From an uncultured Actinomycetota bacterium (GTDB taxonomy: Bacteria > Actinomycetota > Actinomycetes > Mycobacteriales > Nakamurellaceae), in NCBI GenBank assembly GCA_963709895.1, contig CAVPYD010000014.1, positions 77,693 to 101,692 of the forward strand: 24,000 bases of DNA, read 5' to 3'. Each line of letters starts with the position of its first letter. Position 1 is the stretch's first letter. This document shows positions 18,671-24,000 of this stretch, one piece after another. Under the pieces are notes generated by a model, which searched no databases, was not told the origin of the DNA, and worked only from the letters and a program-made list of their open reading frames with translations. Made by a program: the position numbers and the translations under genes.

Positions 18671-20362
18671 ATGAGCGCGTTCACCGATGCACTGCGCAAC
18701 GCCGCCGCCTCCGATGCGGGGATGGTCACGGGCGAGCCGCACGATCCGATCAGGACCAGTTGGGGGCAGGTGCACGCCGCGGCGATCACCGGCGCCCGCC
18801 GGCTCGCAGAGAACGGGATCGGCCCGGGCGACGCGGTGGCGGTGCTGGCCGCCGGCCCGGCCGAGGTCGCCCCGGTGGCGCAGGCGGTGTGGCTGGCCGG
18901 CGGGTCCGTGACGATGCTGCACCAACCGACCGCGCGCACCAACCTCGCCAGCTACGCGGAGGAAACGGCAGGTGCGCTCACCCTGATCAGCGCCAGGGCG
19001 ATCGTGCTGGGCGACCCGTTCACCGAATTCGTCGACATGCTGGAGGGGTCCGGCATCCTGGCATTCACCGTCGCGGATCTGCTGGCCGACGTGACCGGCG
19101 CGCCCGACGGAGCAGCGCCTGGAGCCGGCATCGGTGACGACATCGACATCGAGATCGGCGAGGACCTGCCGGCCCTGCTGCAGCTCACGTCGGGCTCCAC
19201 GGCCCGGCCGAAGGCAGTCCAGATCACCCACCGGAACCTCTGGGCGAACGTGCAGGCCATGTGTGCCAGCGCCGGCATCCACCCCGGCGAGGTGATGGTT
19301 TCCTGGCTGCCGCTGTTCCACGACATGGGCATGGTCGGGTTCCTCACCCTGCCGATGTGTCAGGGCGTCGAACTGGTCACGGTCACCCCGCGGGATTTCC
19401 TGTCCGCACCGTTGCTGTGGCCGACGTTGATCAGCAAGTACCGCGGAACCATCACTGCCGCACCGAATTTCGCGTACGCGCTGACCGCCCGGGTGCTGGC
19501 AAGGGCGGACGGGCTCGACCTGACCAGCATGCGGTTCGCGCTCAACGGCGCCGAGCCGATCGACGTCGGTGCGGTGCGCGCGTTCCTGGCCGCCGGTGCC
19601 AGGTTCGGGCTGTCCGACAACGCGGTCGTCCCCGCCTACGGGATGGCCGAGGCGACGCTGGCCATCTCCTTCCACCCCTGGGGGACGCCGCTGAAGGTCG
19701 ACACGGTGGACGCGGCGGCCCTGGAGGAGCAGCGTCGCGCGGTACCCGTCGCCGCGGCGTCGGACGCAACGGAGGCGGCCGCCGACAGCGCAGAGACCAG
19801 GACCTTCCCGGTGCTGGGGCCGCCGCTGAACGGGATCGACGTGATCGTCGTGGGTCCGGACGGCGAGAAGCGCGCGGACCGGGAGGTCGGGGTGCTGCAC
19901 CTGCGCGGCGAGTCGATCACCGACCTCTACCTGACGGTGGAGGGCCCGGTACCCACCCGCGACCCGGACGGGTGGCTGGATACCGGCGATCTGGGCTACC
20001 TCGTCGACGGTGAGGTGGTGGTCTGCGGGCGGGTCAAGGACGTGATCATCATGGGCGGCCGGAACATCTACCCGACGGACATCGAGCGGATCGCCGAGCA
20101 GGTGGAGGGCGTGCGGGCCGGCAACGCGGTGGCCGTGCGCTGGCAGACCCCAGGAGGCCGTGAGTCCTTCGCACTCGCGGTGGAATCGCGGCAGGCGGGT
20201 GATGACGCCCAGGCCGCCCGGATCGCGACGGAGATCAGGGCGGCGGTGACCTCGGCGATCGGCGTCCGGCCCGCCGCGGTGACCGTGTTGCCGGTGGGCA
20301 GCCTCCCGAAGACCCCGTCCGGAAAGCTGAGGCGTTCCGCCGCGGGCTCGCTGATCAGCTGA
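18671..20362 (+). CDS. fatty-acyl-AMP ligase / AMP-dependent synthetase (FadD/FAAL type; positional counterpart of the M. tuberculosis pks16/fadD-like gene next to pth)
   Basis: Contains LQLTSGSTARPKAV (AMP-binding core motif), YGMAEATL, GWLDTGDLGY, GRVKDVIIMGGRNIYP and LPKTPSGKLRR. ATG 18671 is preferred over the in-frame GTG 18662. Confidence 0.85.
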   Translation: MSAFTDALRNAAASDAGMVTGEPHDPIRTSWGQVHAAAITGARRLAENGIGPGDAVAVLAAGPAEVAPVAQAVWLAGGSVTMLHQPTARTNLASYAEETAGALTLISARAIVLGDPFTEFVDMLEGSGILAFTVADLLADVTGAPDGAAPGAGIGDDIDIEIGEDLPALLQLTSGSTARPKAVQITHRNLWANVQAMCASAGIHPGEVMVSWLPLFHDMGMVGFLTLPMCQGVELVTVTPRDFLSAPLLWPTLISKYRGTITAAPNFAYALTARVLARADGLDLTSMRFALNGAEPIDVGAVRAFLAAGARFGLSDNAVVPAYGMAEATLAISFHPWGTPLKVDTVDAAALEEQRRAVPVAAASDATEAAADSAETRTFPVLGPPLNGIDVIVVGPDGEKRADREVGVLHLRGESITDLYLTVEGPVPTRDPDGWLDTGDLGYLVDGEVVVCGRVKDVIIMGGRNIYPTDIERIAEQVEGVRAGNAVAVRWQTPGGRESFALAVESRQAGDDAQAARIATEIRAAVTSAIGVRPAAVTVLPVGSLPKTPSGKLRRSAAGSLIS

Positions 20363-20452
20363 CCCCGCGTCTCGCCGAACTCTGCCTCCACCCGGGCCCC
20401 GAGGCAAGAACCCCTGCGCCACAACCCACTCAGCGCCGCTTTCGCGAACTCG

Positions 20453-20472
20453 GCGCCGGAATATGCCGGCGC
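20453..20472. terminator. GC hairpin between convergent FAAL and pth genes (GCGCCGG-aatatg-CCGGCGC)
   Basis: 7-bp stem. An alternative longer imperfect pairing exists between CCACTCAGCGCCG (20426-20438) and CGGCGCTCAGTGG (20467-20479). Confidence 0.45.
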
Positions 20473-20581
20473 TCAGTGGCGAATCGTGGCGCCGGGAGGG
20501 CTCGACGAGCGGCATGAGCTCCCAGCTGCCCGGCGGTGGTGCCGGTGCAAGATCCGCAACGACGTACCCCACCGACGAGCG

Positions 20582-21178
20582 TCAATGCAGGGCGTTCTGG
20601 GTGACCAGCAGCCCGGATTCCATCAGCATCGTGGCCGCATCCGCGGCGTGCTCCAGATCGACGGCGAGATCCTTGCGCTCGGCGGCCGAGAAATCCCGCA
20701 GCACGTAATCCGCCGGATCCATCCGGCCGGGCGGCCGGCCGATGCCGAACCGCACCCGCAGGTAATCCTTGGTGCCCAGCGAGGCGGAGATCGACCGCAG
20801 GCCGTTGTGACCGCCCTCGCCGCCGCCGAACTTGACCCGGATGGTCCCGTAGGGCAGGTCCAGTTCGTCGTGCAGCGCGACCACCTGGGCCGGCTCGATC
20901 GAGAAGAAGCGGGTCAGCGCCGCCACCGGTCCGCCCGAAAGGTTCATGTACGAGCGGGGTTTGGCCAGCACGACCCTGGTGCCGGCCAGTCGCCCGTCCA
21001 GCACGTCGGCCCCGGACTTGTGGCTCTTGAAGCCGGAGCCCATTCGCGCAGCGAGTACATCGGCGATCATGGCCCCGACGTTGTGCCGGTTCCCCGAGTA
21101 CGTCTTGCCCGGGTTGCCGAGGCCGACGACAACGAATCGATCGTCGGCCACGGCATGTCCCGTCTGTGTGACGCCCAC
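20582..21178 (-). CDS. pth: peptidyl-tRNA hydrolase
   Basis: Contains VVGLGNPGKTYSGNRHNVG, YMNLSG, HDELDLPYG.IR.K.GGG.GGHNGLRS and VRFGIGRP. GTG start at 21178. Confidence 0.93.
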   Translation of the reverse strand: MGVTQTGHAVADDRFVVVGLGNPGKTYSGNRHNVGAMIADVLAARMGSGFKSHKSGADVLDGRLAGTRVVLAKPRSYMNLSGGPVAALTRFFSIEPAQVVALHDELDLPYGTIRVKFGGGEGGHNGLRSISASLGTKDYLRVRFGIGRPPGRMDPADYVLRDFSAAERKDLAVDLEHAADAATMLMESGLLVTQNALH

Positions 21179-21237
21179 CGGTGAGGACCCCGGTGGCTGG
21201 GTGGCCTCCCCGGCTGCGCTCGGGGGCCACCGTTCGG

Positions 21238-21861
21238 TCAGTCCTCCGGAGTCTGCGGCTGATCCCGCTCGACGCCGGCCTCAGCCTCGGCCTGCTCGGT
21301 CTCGGCCTCGACCTCTTCGGCCGTCGGCGCGTTCTGCACGGAGACCACGAGCGCCTCCGGGTCGGTGACCAGGGTGGCGCCGGCCGGCAGCGCGACGTCG
21401 CCGGCCAGGAACTGCGTTCCCGCTTCGGCGCCCTCGATGTCGACCGTCAGGCTCTCCGGAATGCTCATCGCCTCGACCTCGATGGACAGCGAGTTCGCGT
21501 CAGTGAGCACCAGTGTGCCGGACGCGGCCTCACCGGTGACGACGACCTGGATGTCGACGGTGACCTTCTCGCCGCGGCGGATCACCAGCAGGTCGACGTG
21601 CTCGACGTAGTCGCGCAGCGGGTGCCGGACAACGGACTTCGGCAGCGCGAGCTGGTCGCCGTCGGGGAACTCCAGGGTGAGCACCGTGTTGGCGCCGCCC
21701 TTCATCGCATGGGCGAAGTCCCGGGCCGGCAGGGACAGGTGCCGCGGGTCGAGGCCGTGGCCGTACAGCACGGCGGGGATCTTGCCGGCCCGGCGGGTGC
21801 GACGAGCGCCACCCTTCCCGAACTCGGTGCGGGTTTCGGCGATCAGTCGTACTTCGGCCAC
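21238..21861 (-). CDS. rplY: 50S ribosomal protein L25 / general stress protein Ctc
   Basis: Reads VAEVRLIAETRTEFGKGGARRTRRAGKIPAVLYGHG...VLTLEF.DG....LPK.VVRHPLRDYVEHVDLL.I, with an acidic C-terminal tail. AGGAG lies 6 nt upstream of GTG 21861. The 27 codons further upstream in the ORF track lack support. Confidence 0.9.
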   Translation of the reverse strand: MAEVRLIAETRTEFGKGGARRTRRAGKIPAVLYGHGLDPRHLSLPARDFAHAMKGGANTVLTLEFPDGDQLALPKSVVRHPLRDYVEHVDLLVIRRGEKVTVDIQVVVTGEAASGTLVLTDANSLSIEVEAMSIPESLTVDIEGAEAGTQFLAGDVALPAGATLVTDPEALVVSVQNAPTAEEVEAETEQAEAEAGVERDQPQTPED

Positions 21862-22181
21862 TGCAAACTCCTGACAACGTGAAGAAACGGATGTTCTCTG
21901 GTCTGACTCTCGGGTTCCTACTGCGCGGTGGATCTGCATCACCCCGGTTCACGGCACGGGGGCAGAAACCCACCGCGCCGATTACGGCTGACCAGTTGAC
22001 GGCACGCCAACGGGTCGCCCTCGCCGAGGCAACGGGTCCATAGTACGGGTTGCCCCTGCGCCGCCCAAACGCTCGCACGGCGCAGCCAGGCCGGGGCCCC
22101 GGTGCTGCCGGCGAGCGACCGCACGAGGCCGGCAACACGGCGCTCACGCCGGGCCCGGCACCAAGCCCCGCGACAGCAGAA

Positions 22182-22214
22182 GGCCGCGTGCCGACCACTG
22201 AGGTCGGCACGCGG
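22182..22214 (-). terminator. hairpin 20 nt downstream of the reductase stop (14-bp stem GCCGCGTGCCGACC / GGTCGGCACGCGGC, 5-nt loop)
   Basis: Perfect complementarity read directly. Confidence 0.55.
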
Positions 22215-22233
22215 CCACGGTGCTGGGCGTGCC

Positions 22234-22980
22234 CTAGAGCGCGAGGCCGCCGTTGACGTCCAGGACGTGCCCGGTGACGAACGAGGCGTCGTCGGAAACC
22301 AGGTACGCCACGGCGCCGGCGATGTCCTCGGGCTGGCCGACGCGGCCGAGCGGGTTCTGCGCCAGGACCTTCTTGGCTTCGTCCGTCATCGCCGCGGTCA
22401 TCGGGGTCTCGATGAATCCCGGGCGGATGCCGTTGACGGTGGTGCCGAAGCGCCCCAGCTCCAGCGCGCCGGAGCGCACCAGGCCGACCACGCCGGCCTT
22501 CGCGGCGATGTAGTTCATCTGCCCGAGGTTGCCGGCCTTGGCGACCACGGAGGAGATCAGCACCACGCGCCCGGGACCTTCGGTGCGCAGCCACGGCGCG
22601 GAGGCGCGCAGGCCGTTGAAGACGCCGGTCAGGTTGACGGCGATGACCGCGTCCCAGTCGTCATCGGACAGCTTGTGGAACATCCGGTCGCGGGTGATCC
22701 CGGCGTTCCCGATGTAGGTGTCAAGCCCGCCCATGGCGTCGGCGGCGGCGGTGAAGGCCGCTTCGACACCCGGCCGGTCCGTCACGTTGCAGGCGAAACC
22801 GTAGACAGGCGAACCGGTCTGGGCCGAAATCCGTTCGGCGGTCTCCTTGGCGGCCGCCTCGTTGACGTCGAGCACGGTGACGGACAGACCTTCGCTGGCC
22901 AGCCGCTCGGCGATCTTGGCCCCAAGGCCCTGGGCACCGCCGGTCACCACGGCCTTGGACACGCTGAAACGTTCGGACAC
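22234..22980 (-). CDS. fabG: SDR-family 3-oxoacyl-[ACP]/acetoacetyl-CoA reductase (FabG/PhaB-like)
   Basis: Contains VVTGGAQGLG (TGxxxGxG), NAGI, a SSV...Y..AK catalytic pattern (MNYIAAKAG), PGFIETPM and TGHVLDVNGG. GGGGAG lies 5 nt upstream of GTG 22980. It sits immediately downstream of phaC. Confidence 0.85.
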   Translation of the reverse strand: MSERFSVSKAVVTGGAQGLGAKIAERLASEGLSVTVLDVNEAAAKETAERISAQTGSPVYGFACNVTDRPGVEAAFTAAADAMGGLDTYIGNAGITRDRMFHKLSDDDWDAVIAVNLTGVFNGLRASAPWLRTEGPGRVVLISSVVAKAGNLGQMNYIAAKAGVVGLVRSGALELGRFGTTVNGIRPGFIETPMTAAMTDEAKKVLAQNPLGRVGQPEDIAGAVAYLVSDDASFVTGHVLDVNGGLAL

Positions 22981-23166
22981 TTGCTCCCCTTAGAACGGAG
23001 GTGGGTGGATTGGGGTTCCGCACGACAGACGCGCTGAGCATCGGTGGGATTGCCGACACTTGACGGGCACGGGTACGGATCGGACAGGTGGAATGGATCG
23101 GTCCGAAGGGTACTGCTGGCGGTGCCGGAGGGCAGGACGTGCCCACCCACCGGGAAACGGATGGAC

Positions 23167-24000
23167 CTATCCGAAGATGTAGGTCCCCGGGGCGTCGCCC
23201 AACACCGGGTACTTCGCGCTGCCCAGCTTGGGCGGGGTGCGCTGGGCGCCCGCGCGCTTCTCGATCCAGTTCGCCCAGTCCTCCCACCAGGTCACCGGGT
23301 GCATCGTCGCCTCGGACAACCACTCGTCGGGATCGGCGGGCAGTTCACCGACGCCGTTCGCGTAATACCGCGACTTCGGGTTGGGCGGGTTGACGATGCC
23401 GGCGATGTGGCCGGAGTTCGACAGCACGAACCGGACCTCCCCGGCGGCGAGCCGAGCACCGGTGTAGCAGCTGCGCCACGGTGCGATGTGGTCCTGCTCC
23501 GCCGTGACGAAGTACAGGTCCTGGTCGACGGTGGACAGGTCGAGCCGCTGCCCGGCGAGCTCCATCCGACCCTGGGCCAGCTGGTTCTCCAGGTAGCAGC
23601 TGCGCAGGTAGAACGAGTGCATGCTGGCCGGCATCCGGGTGGAGTCGGCGTTCCAGGTGAGCAGGTCGAACGGCGGGGGCTCCTGGCCGAGCAGCCAGTT
23701 GCTGACCACGTAGTTCCAGATCAAGTCGTTGCCGCGCATCAGGTTGAACGTGGTGGCCATGTTCTCGGCCGGCAGGAAGCCGGTCTTCTGCATCGACTTT
23801 TCCAGTTTCGCGACCGTGCGCTCGTCGGTGAAGACGCCCATCACGCCCGGCTCGCTGAAGTCGATCAGGGTGTTCAGGAAGGTGGCGTTGTTGATGCGGT
23901 CCTGACCGGTGGCGTCCAGGTAGGCCAGGGTCGCCATGGTCAGCGTCCCGCCCAGACAGAGACCGAGCAGGTTGACCTTCTCCGAACCGGTGATGTCGGT
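23167..24000 (-). CDS. phaC: class I poly(R)-hydroxyalkanoate synthase PhaC, C-terminal portion (5' end beyond the window)
   Basis: The frame is open to base 24000, upstream of the tracked Met: ...ITGSEKVNLLGLCLGGTLTMATLAYL (lipase-box-like G-x-C-x-G-G). Followed by LLTWNADSTRMP, DHIAPW, SGHIAGIVNPP and WW.DW..W. Confidence 0.85.
   Translation of the reverse strand, partial: TDITGSEKVNLLGLCLGGTLTMATLAYLDATGQDRINNATFLNTLIDFSEPGVMGVFTDERTVAKLEKSMQKTGFLPAENMATTFNLMRGNDLIWNYVVSNWLLGQEPPPFDLLTWNADSTRMPASMHSFYLRSCYLENQLAQGRMELAGQRLDLSTVDQDLYFVTAEQDHIAPWRSCYTGARLAAGEVRFVLSNSGHIAGIVNPPNPKSRYYANGVGELPADPDEWLSEATMHPVTWWEDWANWIEKRAGAQRTPPKLGSAKYPVLGDAPGTYIFG

Noticed and set aside
17588-20572. 994-aa minus-strand ORF, the longest in the window
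   Set aside because: Only its last roughly 320 codons (17588-18559) look like a real protein (ribokinase motifs). The rest is the antisense shadow of the FAAL gene (18671-20362). It is Arg/Gly/Pro/His-rich with no recognisable motifs, typical of stop-poor antisense frames in 70% GC DNA.
21862-22181. Possible promoter or leader element for rplY in the 320-bp gap (for example TTTGGG-18 bp-TACTAT on the minus strand, and GGCAAC...GTTGCC at 22028-22054)
   Set aside because: The hexamers are weak, the inverted repeat is imperfect (8/10), and there is no second copy or comparative support. Not reported as a feature.

Overview
High-GC (about 70%) actinobacterial chromosome. It shows the housekeeping synteny known from Mycobacterium and relatives: metG, tatD, rpfB, ksgA(rsmA), ispE, then a FadD/FAAL gene, pth and rplY. 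On the left are an alpha/beta hydrolase fragment, a GatB/YqeY-domain gene and gnd. On the right are an SDR reductase and a partial phaC. All calls come from reading the sequence and ORF translations by eye; no database or structure search was possible.

Four things depart from an ordinary core region:
1. The single-gene rpfB slot holds three tandem RpfB-type paralogues (TM, DUF348 repeats, G5, Rpf/transglycosylase domain). Each has its own hairpin terminator and a copy of a conserved promoter/5'-leader cassette: a 37-nt box, a GGCAGG/CCTGCC helix and, in two copies, U-tracts. This looks riboswitch- or attenuator-like. CRP-like and MtrA-like sites lie in the spacers.
2. A 1.5-kb segment between gnd and metG carries a frameshifted AbiEi_4/DUF559-type gene. 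It is bracketed by 31-bp (29/31) inverted repeats embedded in roughly 90-bp palindromic units.
3. The 1.0-kb noncoding spacer between rpf copies 2 and 3 holds four copies of a 14-16-bp palindrome (GATGCG-N2-CGCATC) plus other hairpins.
4. At least 13 single-base frame disruptions occur in 7 genes, including essential metG. All fit +1 insertions, and about two thirds fall in the rpf genes. This is more likely consensus error than biology, so the pseudogene calls are as sequenced only.

No tRNA, rRNA, CRISPR array or transposase was seen.
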